Assembly: GCA_040754655.1 (NCBI GenBank)
Contig: JBFMCE010000042.1
Span: 1-34,574 of the forward strand
From: Bdellovibrionota bacterium
Lineage (GTDB): Bacteria; Bdellovibrionota; UBA1018; UBA923
Length of the DNA: 34,574 bases
Direction of reading: 5' to 3'
This document shows, piece after piece, positions 9,672 to 19,028 of the stretch. Position 1 is the stretch's first letter, and each line of letters opens with the position of its first letter. The notes beneath the pieces are model-generated. The model searched no databases, had not been told where the DNA came from, and saw nothing but the letters and a program-made list of their open reading frames with translations. The position numbers and the translations under genes were made by a program.

Positions 9672-11273
9672 ATGGGGATTCTACACAGAGACCTGCGGTA
9701 CTTAAGCTGGGCTCTATGTTGCGTGTTCTGGTGCACAGCCATTGAGGCGCATGCACGTCCAAACTCGGTTCCGAATCTAAATCCAAACCCAAAGAATACT
9801 ACACAACCTCCGGCGCCGGAGGCTGGCCGAGAGGCTGGCAAAAAAACTGGCGATGAAGCGAAACATCTCGCGGGCAACGGCGGCAATACCCACAAGCAGC
9901 CCTTCTATCGAATCATCCATGGGCCCAATCCTGGTCCAAAGCAACAAGCCATTGATGAGCTCCTGCACGGCACGAAGGTGCTCTACACGAAAGACGCCAA
10001 GTCGTTGCCTGAGCGCATCGACGGAGTCGTATGGCACGGCTCTCCAGAAGATGCCCACTACTTTGTGGGTACCCACAACCCTGCGCTTATTACCGATCCT
10101 GAGATCATTGAGCTTGCGAACAACAAATGGGTTGAGGCGCAGCTCATGGTGAAACACGCTCCAGAGGCCTATCCGCAAACAGAAAACATGCAGCGCCTGC
10201 TCAGAGAACTGGGCCTTTCGCCCGCGGACCGCGCAAATCTGGTCGAGTCTGACCACTCGCTTCAGCTAGAGATTCTATTCGAAAAACTCAAAATACGTTA
10301 TCCCAACGGGTTTTTCATCAAACCCATAAGCGGATTCAACTCAGACGGGATTTTTCCGACCGAAAAAACTGAACCCAGAGAACTTTATGAAGGATACCTG
10401 ACTCACATCAAAGCATTGCGCGAGCAACTCTTTGAAACCCTGGGCAACGAAACCGAAGTGCATTTAGCGCTTAAAACCAAAGAGTTCTACGGCGGTTTTA
10501 TTCTCGAGGCGCTCTTAAAGAACCCTGAAAGCGTCATTGTGCAAGAGAGGCTAAAACCCCGCATCCTCGGACGCAAAACGTTGCCGAACGGAAAAGTAAA
10601 AGTATTGATCGAAGAGTACAGGATCCACCTCGAAGAAGGGCAAGCATGGCCCGAAGCTGATCAATACAGGTGGGAAAGCAACCGGCTCTATACCGAAGAA
10701 GGCATGCGTGAAGCGGCTGAGTTTGCTCTTCACGTATTGAAAAAATTGCCTTCGAAGTACCATCGCCTCTGCTATGGGATGGATGTCATGCGCCTTGAGG
10801 ATGGCTCTTTTCGCATCATCGAGTTGAACCCGGGGGGAGAGTCTGGTTATTTTTATCCTGAAATTGATCTTTGGAGTCCGCAGGCTCTGGCCGAATTCTA
10901 CACCGGAAAAAAGACCGAATTGAGAAAGAAGTTTGAGAAGGCGTTGAACGCCCGCACTCTCAAATCAAAACGGTTGAAATTGCGCGAGTTCATTGAAAGC
11001 GAAGCCATACGGCAAGTCGCGTCTTCGGATGCAGAGGTTGTTTCAGAGTTTCTGCGTAGGGCTACTCAGAGGATCCTAGACGATCTGGCTAAGGCTCCCA
11101 CGAGGGCGAAGGCTCGCCAAGTGCTTCTGACATTGCAAGAATTGAAGCTCTTTGGCCTGCTCACTGAAAGAGACAAGGAATTGCTGAAGAACTTTACGAG
11201 CTCGCCACGAGGGCTTTTCCGCTCGTGCCAGCATCTGTTAACCCAAAGTGCCTCCAATCGCCCCCAACAGTAA
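9672..11273 (+). CDS. ATP-grasp-fold protein with predicted signal peptide
   Basis: FIKP, VIVQE, EYRIH, GMDV...IIELNPG ATP-grasp motifs; ATG 9672 with AGGGGGA RBS; signal ending A-H-A. Confidence 0.7.
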   Translation: MGILHRDLRYLSWALCCVFWCTAIEAHARPNSVPNLNPNPKNTTQPPAPEAGREAGKKTGDEAKHLAGNGGNTHKQPFYRIIHGPNPGPKQQAIDELLHGTKVLYTKDAKSLPERIDGVVWHGSPEDAHYFVGTHNPALITDPEIIELANNKWVEAQLMVKHAPEAYPQTENMQRLLRELGLSPADRANLVESDHSLQLEILFEKLKIRYPNGFFIKPISGFNSDGIFPTEKTEPRELYEGYLTHIKALREQLFETLGNETEVHLALKTKEFYGGFILEALLKNPESVIVQERLKPRILGRKTLPNGKVKVLIEEYRIHLEEGQAWPEADQYRWESNRLYTEEGMREAAEFALHVLKKLPSKYHRLCYGMDVMRLEDGSFRIIELNPGGESGYFYPEIDLWSPQALAEFYTGKKTELRKKFEKALNARTLKSKRLKLREFIESEAIRQVASSDAEVVSEFLRRATQRILDDLAKAPTRAKARQVLLTLQELKLFGLLTERDKELLKNFTSSPRGLFRSCQHLLTQSASNRPQQ

Positions 11274-11456
11274 AAACACCGTCCACAATGCGACAAAAGC
11301 AGCGCCTGGATCATATCTCATGGGCGAGCCTTGGGTGCACATGATGTGCCAAGGCCGTTCTTACGCTTCGAGCGCTTTAAATCAAGCGCATATGACGGTC
11401 TTCGACGATATCGAGTCTCATTGGTTCATTTGCGCCCCGTTTGAGGATCAAACACC

Positions 11457-11473
11457 TGTAAAAAACTTCGACA
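11457..11473. promoter_or_regulatory. Putative sigma54 enhancer (UAS) TGTAAAAAACTTCGACA
   Basis: TGT-N11-ACA, flanked CC/GG; about 100 bp upstream of a -24/-12 motif with an intervening AT-rich tract. Confidence 0.6.
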
Positions 11474-11573
11474 GGGCGCTTTCGGGCGCGATCTTTCGGA
11501 GAAGTGTATCTATATAAATTTTTAATGTTTAATATTGAGCCTGTAGAGCCGTAGGCCCGCGGGCGCAGGGCCT

Positions 11574-11589
11574 TGGCATCGCACTTGCT
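11574..11589 (+). promoter_or_regulatory. Sigma54 promoter TGGCATCGCACTTGCT
   Basis: Strong match to TGGCA-N6-TTGCW upstream of CDS 11646. Confidence 0.75.
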
Positions 11590-11645
11590 CATGTGCGGTC
11601 GGGCCTCAAGCCTATCTTGAGGCCCAAGCGTAAGGAGGAACCGAC

Positions 11646-11999
11646 ATGTTGAAGCAGAAGAAACAATTAGCACGCCTGCTCAAGACTTTCGCCATAGTCA
11701 GCGTAGCAGGAGTTCCATTGGTGTTGGCGAGCGTTCCTCGTTCAAGTGAGATCGCGAATGACACGGCGATCTACCAGAGCTTGCACGAGATCAATGTGAA
11801 GAAAGTCAAGGCGGTAGATTTTGAAAACGATATCGACGCGCTTTCGGCGCAGGAAAAATCGCATCGCCTGCCCTTGAGGATTTCAGCGCCGATGAAACGC
11901 GTGATGGAAACGCCGTACAAGAACGCGTCGTATCCGAAACGTGCAAACAAGCTTGATCGTTCTGGCAAACGATACAAGCGCTCTCAAAACCTGAAGTAG
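11646..11999 (+). CDS. Small basic exported hypothetical protein
   Basis: AAGGAGG RBS; N-terminal signal or TM helix; Lys/Arg-rich C-terminus. Confidence 0.75.
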   Translation: MLKQKKQLARLLKTFAIVSVAGVPLVLASVPRSSEIANDTAIYQSLHEINVKKVKAVDFENDIDALSAQEKSHRLPLRISAPMKRVMETPYKNASYPKRANKLDRSGKRYKRSQNLK

Positions 12000-12032
12000 C
12001 GTCGAACTGGCCAAATAAAGATTAACCGACCT

Positions 12033-12126
12033 GGGAAAACGCGCCTCATCCCGATGGGTGCGTGTTTTCTCAAGTTTGCCCGGGCTTAAGCTTAAAGCGC
12101 GCCCCGTGCGCGTTAGGCTTAAGCCC
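12033..12126 (+). other. Two consecutive long stem-loops
   Basis: GGGAAAACGCGC...GTGCGTGTTTTCTC and GGGCTTAAGC...GCTTAAGCCC. Confidence 0.55.
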
Positions 12127-12263
12127 TTCTCAATTTCACTGTTTTTTATTGCATTTTCTCCCCAGCTCAAACTAGACTGAGCTAGTTTTTGACCAAATCA
12201 AGATCATCTCGGAGAGCCCTCCGGAAAATTAAAAATAGCCAAATGTAGAAGGAGCACACGTGT

Positions 12264-13520
12264 ATGCCAAATTATAAAGTGGCAAATGAAAAGCTGGCCG
12301 AGCAGGGCCGTCTGAAGATTGAATGGGCCGAGAGCAGAATGCCCGTTTTGATGAAGCTTCGCGAAAAATACGCGAAAACCCAGCCTTTGAAAGGGCAACG
12401 GATTGCAGGTTGCCTGCATGTCACCAAGGAAACAGCCGTCCTCATCAAAACTCTCAAAGCAGCCGGAGCCGAAGTCAGTTGGTCAGGTTGCAATCCTCTT
12501 TCCACTCAAGATGATATCGCAGCGGCCTTGGCCGCCGAAGGCATCTCGATTTATGCCTGGCATAACTTGAGCAGAGAAGAATTCTACTGGTGCATCGAGC
12601 GGACGCTGGATTTTAAGCCGACGCTAACCCTTGATGATGGCGCCGACCTCATCTTTACGGTGCACAATAAATTTCCGCAAATGGCGAAAGACATCATCGG
12701 TGGTACCGAAGAGACCACGACTGGTGTGCATCGCCTGCGCGCCATGGCTGAAGATGGAGCGTTGAAGTATCCGGTGATTGCGATCAACGATGCTGAAACC
12801 AAGTGGGACTTCGACAACGTTTACGGCACTGGCCAGTCTTCTATTGACGGCATCTTGCGCGCTACAAGCGTCATGTTGGCCGGAAAGAATTTCGTCGTCG
12901 CTGGTTATGGCCATTGCGGAAAAGGCTGTGCGCAGCGCGCTCGCGGACTAGGGGCTCGAGTAATCGTGACGGAAATCAAACCTACTTCTGCTTTGAAAGC
13001 AGTTCTTGAGGGCTATGAAGTCATGACGATGGACCAGGCCGCCAAGGTTGGAGACATCTTCATTACAGCCACTGGGATGAAGGATGTCATCGTAGACCGT
13101 CATTTCCGTTCGATGAAAGACGGCGCCATCGTGTGCAATACGGGCCATTACGATTGTGAACTCAATCTTGAGCATCTTGAGAAGATGTCAAAGCGCGTTC
13201 GTGAAGTGCGTTCGAATAACGATGAACATACTCTAGAAGACGGCAGACGCATTTATGTCCTGGGAAAAGGCAGACTTGTGAACCTCGCCGCGGCAGAAGG
13301 TCATCCTTCCGAAGTCATGGACATGAGCTTTGCGAACCAATTTCAAGGCATGTTGCGTTTGGCTAAAGAAGGCAGAACCATGAAGCCTCTGGTTTATACG
13401 CTTGATCCTGAGCTCGACCAAGAGATTGCTCGAGTGAAGCTTGAAGCCACAGGCATTCGAATTGATGAATTGACCGCAGAGCAAGTTCGTTATGCTCGCG
13501 ACTATTCGGCAGGAACCTGA
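12264..13520 (+). CDS. ahcY: S-adenosylhomocysteine hydrolase
   Basis: GCLH, CNPLSTQD, DDGAD, EETTTG, GYGHCGKG, GRLVNL, GHPSEVMDMSF motifs. Confidence 0.97.
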   Translation: MPNYKVANEKLAEQGRLKIEWAESRMPVLMKLREKYAKTQPLKGQRIAGCLHVTKETAVLIKTLKAAGAEVSWSGCNPLSTQDDIAAALAAEGISIYAWHNLSREEFYWCIERTLDFKPTLTLDDGADLIFTVHNKFPQMAKDIIGGTEETTTGVHRLRAMAEDGALKYPVIAINDAETKWDFDNVYGTGQSSIDGILRATSVMLAGKNFVVAGYGHCGKGCAQRARGLGARVIVTEIKPTSALKAVLEGYEVMTMDQAAKVGDIFITATGMKDVIVDRHFRSMKDGAIVCNTGHYDCELNLEHLEKMSKRVREVRSNNDEHTLEDGRRIYVLGKGRLVNLAAAEGHPSEVMDMSFANQFQGMLRLAKEGRTMKPLVYTLDPELDQEIARVKLEATGIRIDELTAEQVRYARDYSAGT

Positions 13521-13560
13521 TCGATCGCGGCACAACAACCAGAACTTTTGGTTATTAGCC

Positions 13561-13599
13561 AAAAAAGCCCAGTGGGTGAAAATCTGCTGGGCTTTTTTT
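13561..13599 (+). terminator. Intrinsic (bidirectional-type) terminator after ahcY
   Basis: AAAAAAGCCCAG...CTGGGCTTTTTTT. Confidence 0.85.
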
Positions 13600-13892
13600 A
13601 TTCTCGTTTTGACGGAGTGTGTTTACAGACTGATCGCTCCGCCGGCGAAGTTGATCACTTCCCAAACAGCCTCTGAAGAAGTTGATTATTTTCCAAACAC
13701 CGTCTGGCGCTAGTGGGGCGTGCCGATTCTGGGGCAAATTTTACCCATAGTTTCCGTCTACCTCCCACTTCAGTTGGCTTAAATATTATTAAATTCAAGG
13801 TTTTAGCGCTGGTGTTGCACCGGACTTTTAAAGTAGTAAACTTAAACAGTCAAGAATTTGTGAAGTCCGGTTTTAGGTCTTGGATAGGGGGT

Positions 13893-14789
13893 ATGGAACG
13901 TATGTGGAATCAAAACTACCAGTCAAACTCGAGCTCTGGTTTAAGTACCAAAAGTTTACTCATTGCGATTGCGGCTAGCGTCGCATTGGCAAGCGGATGT
14001 GATCCAAAGCTGATCAAGAAAGGCGGAGGCGGTGCGGCCTCTGGCGGAGGAGGCGGAACCGGGGGTTCAAGCTCAAACGCCAGTGCAGCTGCTTCTATTT
14101 CTGACCTCAATGACGAGTTTGATGCCAGTTCATCTATCTCAAACTGGGAAGAGCGGTCAGTCGCCGAAGGCGGAGTGACCGGAACAGATGGTAGCTCGCT
14201 CATCAGCGGCGGTTATCTCTTGCTTAAGCCCAATGCGAATAATTATTTCTATCAAGGCAATCGCGGGTTGAATTTTTTCAAACGGATCAATCTTTCGCGG
14301 TATTCACGTTTTATCGTTGAAGCTTCTGTTCGTGCACACGAACGTGGCTCAATGGTGAACCCTCCGCCGGTGGGAACCGAGTTTCATTCGGCGGGTTTGA
14401 TCATCTATACTGATCTGACTGATTTTCAAGACTGGGTCGTAGTCAATCTGGGCCGCCAGGACGTGGCCACGGGACTGGGTTTTGAGTCAAAGAATACCGT
14501 CAATAACGTGTCGAATTTATGGCTCTACAGCTCAAGCGGTGAGAACGTGGGTTTCGTGCGTCTTTGCGTGGTTGATGGCAACATCACGACTTTGACCAAA
14601 TTGCCCGCAGATCCTGCTTGGACTCAACGAGACACCTTTACCCACGCGGGGATGGTCGGGAACAACGTTGGCGTGGGCCTCATGACCAACGACTATCTTA
14701 CGGCGGTTGCCGACATGGACGGTGCGTTTGATTACATCCGGTTTCGCGAAATTTCAGATGCGACCGAGTGCGATCGCCTCTCGCTTTGA
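13893..14789 (+). CDS. Lipoprotein with Gly-rich linker and probable ConA/lectin-like beta-sandwich domain
   Basis: Lipobox LASG-C; GGG linker; DEFD, SAGLII, VGVGL, FDYIRF pattern typical of jelly-roll domains; start reassigned to ATG 13893 after AGGGGG. Confidence 0.65.
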   Translation: MERMWNQNYQSNSSSGLSTKSLLIAIAASVALASGCDPKLIKKGGGGAASGGGGGTGGSSSNASAAASISDLNDEFDASSSISNWEERSVAEGGVTGTDGSSLISGGYLLLKPNANNYFYQGNRGLNFFKRINLSRYSRFIVEASVRAHERGSMVNPPPVGTEFHSAGLIIYTDLTDFQDWVVVNLGRQDVATGLGFESKNTVNNVSNLWLYSSSGENVGFVRLCVVDGNITTLTKLPADPAWTQRDTFTHAGMVGNNVGVGLMTNDYLTAVADMDGAFDYIRFREISDATECDRLSL

Positions 14790-14812
14790 TCCGCAGCTCA
14801 GAGGGCTCTTGG

Positions 14813-16126
14813 CTATGGGATCTCTGGAACATAGACCCGGGTGATGGATCTGTTCTTCGAATACCGCTCAAAAAGATCAGTGCATTCTTCAAGCGGAATG
14901 AATTTCTCAGGCAGCACCTTGTTGTCGTAGCGAACGAAAATTGGCATGCGGTCATCTTTCTTGAAGTACTTCGAAAACTCGCTGGTCGTCGTTTTGACGA
15001 TGTAGTCCACTCCTTTTGCAGCGAGTTCAGCAGTGACCTTCTCAAGGTGCGCCTTCTGCTCGCGCGCGTTCTCGCTTCCCTGCGGAATGCCTGAGTGAAA
15101 CTCAACCAACATCTTGTAAGGATTCTTGTGATAAATGCGTTTGGCCCACGAGTTCTTTGAGCGCGAAAGGTGGGTGTAGAGGTGGTAGTCATCGTAGAAC
15201 ACGTACGACTCCACGTCGCTTGGAATTTCGTAATCACAATCTGAAGAGCGCAAATAGCGTCCTAGCATTTCATCAAAGATGACGCTCTTGTGGTGGAAGT
15301 ACACCATGAGAAACATGTGAAACCTTGAGATCAGAAAATCATCAAATGTATAGATGGCCTTGTGTTGCAGCGCCAGGTAGCACTTTCCACGAAAAATGTG
15401 GTGGGTCAGGTTTGAAAGCACCCACGAGACGTCGAACTTCCCGTAGTTGACGCCTGCGTGAAACGAGTCGCGCGTGAGGTAGTCCATCCGGTCGACATCC
15501 ATCTCGCTTGAGACGATTTGGTGCAAGATCGGTCGGTAATCCACTTTCCCGTCTTTGCCGTCGACGATGAAAAAATCATCCGGGCAGACGATGTCTTCAT
15601 TGATGATGCAGGCTACATGGATCGGGTCGATATCCCATCGCGAGAGCGTTTTTTTCAAAAGTGGCGTGAGCGACGACTGCAAAATGATCTTGATGGTGTA
15701 GTCTTCGTGGTTTGCCCTGCGGTTTCCGTCAAAAGGACAGGGTTTGCCTGGGATGCAAGCGAGCGATCGCAATTCCAGCTTCTCGATTCCGGGCATCGCG
15801 AACTCGGTCGTGTGCGAAAGCGGGCCATGCCCGATGTCGTGCAACATCGTTGCGATGCGAAGCGCCATCCGAAAACGCTCAGCCACTTTGGGCTGTTGAG
15901 CAAGTGGATGGTCTTTGCCACGAAAGGCATTCTTGAAAGCAAGCCCCGCCAGGTGAGTTGCGCCGAGGCTGTGGATGTAGCGGTTGTGGGTTGCTCCTGG
16001 ATAACTGTTCTCGGCGAAACCCAATTGTTTGATGTTCCGCAGGCGCTGAAAAAAAGGCGAATCAATGATTTTCGCCTCGCTCGAAGAAACTTCAATATTG
16101 CCGTGAATGACGTCCCTGATTTCCAT
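14813..16126 (-). CDS. HD-domain phosphohydrolase (YdhJ/SAMHD1-like, probable dNTPase)
   Basis: FQRLRNIKQLG, HNRYIHSLG, LHDIGHGPLSH, DVDRMDYL motifs. Confidence 0.9.
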   Translation of the reverse strand: MEIRDVIHGNIEVSSSEAKIIDSPFFQRLRNIKQLGFAENSYPGATHNRYIHSLGATHLAGLAFKNAFRGKDHPLAQQPKVAERFRMALRIATMLHDIGHGPLSHTTEFAMPGIEKLELRSLACIPGKPCPFDGNRRANHEDYTIKIILQSSLTPLLKKTLSRWDIDPIHVACIINEDIVCPDDFFIVDGKDGKVDYRPILHQIVSSEMDVDRMDYLTRDSFHAGVNYGKFDVSWVLSNLTHHIFRGKCYLALQHKAIYTFDDFLISRFHMFLMVYFHHKSVIFDEMLGRYLRSSDCDYEIPSDVESYVFYDDYHLYTHLSRSKNSWAKRIYHKNPYKMLVEFHSGIPQGSENAREQKAHLEKVTAELAAKGVDYIVKTTTSEFSKYFKKDDRMPIFVRYDNKVLPEKFIPLEECTDLFERYSKNRSITRVYVPEIP

Positions 16127-16161
16127 AGAAAATTGGTTTCACTCTGGGTATACAGCGCGCT

Positions 16162-17340
16162 ATGGCGAAAACAAAGAAAAACAGCGACGAAAAATCTTTA
16201 GGCGGTCACGCGATCGTCGGCAAATCTAAAAGCCGGTATTTGCAGGGAAAACAAATCCTGCCTCGAGGCATAAAGAAGGGCCAGCGCGTCTTGGATCTCA
16301 TCGAAGACAGCTTCATGGCTTATAACGCAGCGCGCTTGCGCGAGGCCTGCTTGGTTTATACCCAGAGCATGCTTGAAGACGATGTCACTGTAGGCATGAG
16401 CCTCACGGGTGCTTTGACCCCGGCGGGCATTGGCCGTTCTTGTTTGATCCCATTGATGAAGGCGGGGTTCGTCGATTGGATGATCAGCACGGGCGCCAAT
16501 CTTTATCATGACGCGCACTTTGGTTTGAAAAAACGTCTTATCCAAGGAAGCCCCAATATCGATGATCGCGTTTTACGCAAAGAAGGCGTCATTCGCATTT
16601 ATGACGTTCTTTTTGATTACGACGTGCTTCTTTCAACGGATGCGTTTTTTCGCGAAATCATCCAGCACGATGAGTTTCAAAAACCCATGTCAACCGCCGA
16701 GTTTCATTGGCTCTGCGGAAAGTTCTTGGCTGAGCGCGAGCGTGCTCTTGGCGTAGGGCAAGATTCATGCGTGCTTACGGCGGCCTATAGGCTTGGCGTT
16801 CCGATCTATACGAGCTCGCCCGGCGACAGCTCGATCGGGATGAACGTCGCGGCGATGGCGTTGCGCGGCTCGAGGCTTGCGTTTGATGTGTCACGCGATG
16901 TGAATGAGACCGCGGCGATTGTTTACGGCGCGAAAAAGGGCACCTACGGAAGCGCCAAGAAAGGCAAAAGCGCCGTGTTCATCGCAGGCGGCGGTTCGCC
17001 AAAGAATTTTCTCCTCCAAACTGAACCACAGATCCAAGAGGTTTTGGGACTAGATGAGAAAGGGCACGATTTTTTCTTGCAGTTCACGGATGCTCGCCCA
17101 GATACGGGTGGGCTTTCAGGTGCGACACCTAGCGAGGCGGTGAGCTGGGGCAAGGTTGATCCGGACAGGCTTCCTGACACCGTTGTGTGCTATTGCGACA
17201 CTACGATCACGCTTCCGCTCATTACGGCCTATGCACTTGAGTCGCACAAGCGACGTAAACTGAAACGATTGTATGACCGTCGTGAAGAGCTCTATGCAAG
17301 GTTGCAGAGCGAATACCTTAAGCGTGTGCGGGGAAAGTGA
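16162..17340 (+). CDS. speY: Deoxyhypusine synthase-like protein (probable homospermidine synthase)
   Basis: [39 protein letters not shown] motifs. Confidence 0.85.
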   Translation: MAKTKKNSDEKSLGGHAIVGKSKSRYLQGKQILPRGIKKGQRVLDLIEDSFMAYNAARLREACLVYTQSMLEDDVTVGMSLTGALTPAGIGRSCLIPLMKAGFVDWMISTGANLYHDAHFGLKKRLIQGSPNIDDRVLRKEGVIRIYDVLFDYDVLLSTDAFFREIIQHDEFQKPMSTAEFHWLCGKFLAERERALGVGQDSCVLTAAYRLGVPIYTSSPGDSSIGMNVAAMALRGSRLAFDVSRDVNETAAIVYGAKKGTYGSAKKGKSAVFIAGGGSPKNFLLQTEPQIQEVLGLDEKGHDFFLQFTDARPDTGGLSGATPSEAVSWGKVDPDRLPDTVVCYCDTTITLPLITAYALESHKRRKLKRLYDRREELYARLQSEYLKRVRGK

Positions 17341-17481
17341 TCCGCGCGAGGGCGAGCGGTCGTCTCAAGAGCAGTCAACTGAAGTAGAAGTTAAGGTAAA
17401 TATTCTAGGGCCTGCGATTGACGCAATGCAATACTTCATATAAGCACCTCTTGTAGTTCTTCTTTCCACGAAGAGGGTAGT

Positions 17482-18891
17482 GTGGTGGGGTATAGATCGT
17501 CGTATTGTTTTATCTCTTTGGTTCTATTGGTGTCGATTATTCTCTGTGGCTTGTTTAATGCCCAGGTAGCCCATGCAAATTTGAAGTGCACCGAGCTTCT
17601 GGCGCCCAATGGCCAGCGTTACTATCAAGTAGATAAATTCATGACTGCTGATCCTGCAGCCTTTCAAGGGGTGACCCGCAGGATAATGAAGGTAGCCTCA
17701 ACTGAGGCTACCGTGCTCATTCGTGGTGAGACAGGCACTGGAAAAGAGTTTGTCGCCCGGGCCGTGCATGCGTTGAGTCTCAGGGCAGATAAGCCCTTGG
17801 TTGTATTCAACGTCGCAGCGATACCAGAGAACTTGTTGGAAAGCACATTGTTCGGACACCTGAAAGGTTCATTCACAGGAGCGATCACGAATCAGCGTGG
17901 TTTTTTTGAATCGGCTGATAAGGGAACTTTATTCATCGATGAGATCGGAGAGCTTCCCCTTACAGCTCAGGCAAAACTTCTCAGAGTTCTCGACCAACGC
18001 GAGATCACACCGGTGGGAGCGGTGGAATCAAAACCCATCGATGTGAGGATCATCGCCGCCACTCACAGAGATCTGCAAGCAATGGTTCAAAAAGGGACTT
18101 TTCGCGAAGACTTGTATTATCGTCTCTTTGCTTATGAAATCCTTATTCCGCCATTAAGGGACAGGCCATCCGACGTTCGTTTGTTTCTCGATAAGTTCTT
18201 TGAGGAGTTTAAATCCCAACATCAGGTCGACCATGTCATCGGGTTTACCGAGAGCTCTTACGTCGCGGCTGATGCTTACGAATGGCGCGGCAACCTTAGA
18301 GAGCTTCGCCACCGTGTTGAGCGTGCAATCATCGATGCAAGGGGTGAGAGAGATCAAGACAGGATTGATCTGTCGTTGTATCTGCCCGAAAAGAGTTCGG
18401 CTGCAGATCTTAGATTGTCGTCAGTGGCAAAGCCCGTGCCAGAGGTTAAGTCAGATTTGCAAATCAAAGCGGAAGCGCAACGTTCTCCTCCGGCGCCGAC
18501 TTTAATCGGTGACAAGAACTCAGCCGAAAGAATTCGTGGGATAGCAAAGCTACTCACTTCTTTTGTCGGAAATGCTTTGGAAGAAGGGCTCGCGATCAGG
18601 CTCACCGCTAAGGAGCTTGTCGATTTCGCAATGATCTTTACGGTAAAGAGATACGGAGAAAATAGAACTGAAGCCGCAAAGAAGTTGGGGATCCACCGAA
18701 GGACTCTTTTTAAAGCAATGCAGGAAACCGGTTTACAAAAAGATGAGGCAAATGGCCGCCTAGATATTCCTGGCATGTCGAACGATCCGTTGTATCGCAA
18801 GTTTGAAATTGCATTTGGAGACATAGGAAATGCTTCATTGCCTTCGCTTGAGGAATGGAAGAAGGCAGTCCCCTTTGTCAGTGGTCTGTGA
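17482..18891 (+). CDS. Sigma54-dependent enhancer-binding protein (AAA+ plus Fis-type HTH), no sensor domain, N-terminal signal-like peptide
   Basis: GETGTGKE, ESTLFGHLKGSFTGA, LFIDEIGE, FREDLYYRL, WRGNLREL, HTH NRTEAAKKLGIHRRTL. Confidence 0.9.
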   Translation: MVGYRSSYCFISLVLLVSIILCGLFNAQVAHANLKCTELLAPNGQRYYQVDKFMTADPAAFQGVTRRIMKVASTEATVLIRGETGTGKEFVARAVHALSLRADKPLVVFNVAAIPENLLESTLFGHLKGSFTGAITNQRGFFESADKGTLFIDEIGELPLTAQAKLLRVLDQREITPVGAVESKPIDVRIIAATHRDLQAMVQKGTFREDLYYRLFAYEILIPPLRDRPSDVRLFLDKFFEEFKSQHQVDHVIGFTESSYVAADAYEWRGNLRELRHRVERAIIDARGERDQDRIDLSLYLPEKSSAADLRLSSVAKPVPEVKSDLQIKAEAQRSPPAPTLIGDKNSAERIRGIAKLLTSFVGNALEEGLAIRLTAKELVDFAMIFTVKRYGENRTEAAKKLGIHRRTLFKAMQETGLQKDEANGRLDIPGMSNDPLYRKFEIAFGDIGNASLPSLEEWKKAVPFVSGL

Positions 18892-18940
18892 GGTTTAGGG
18901 TCGAGTGGGGCAGCAGATCTCGTTGATCCGCCAAAAACAA

Positions 18941-18978
18941 AAAAGCCCTGATTAGAATCTCTTCCAACCAGGGCTTTT
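18941..18978. terminator. Bidirectional intrinsic terminator
   Basis: AAAAGCCCTG...CAGGGCTTTT between convergent genes. Confidence 0.75.
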
Positions 18979-19028
18979 AGAAAGACCGCCACGAAACTTT
19001 CGCGGCAAATTCTTCTACAAACTAAAAT

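Noticed and set aside
12130..12263. SAH riboswitch upstream of ahcY
   Set aside because: No GAGGAGCG...CAGGC...CGCTC-type consensus or pseudoknot visible
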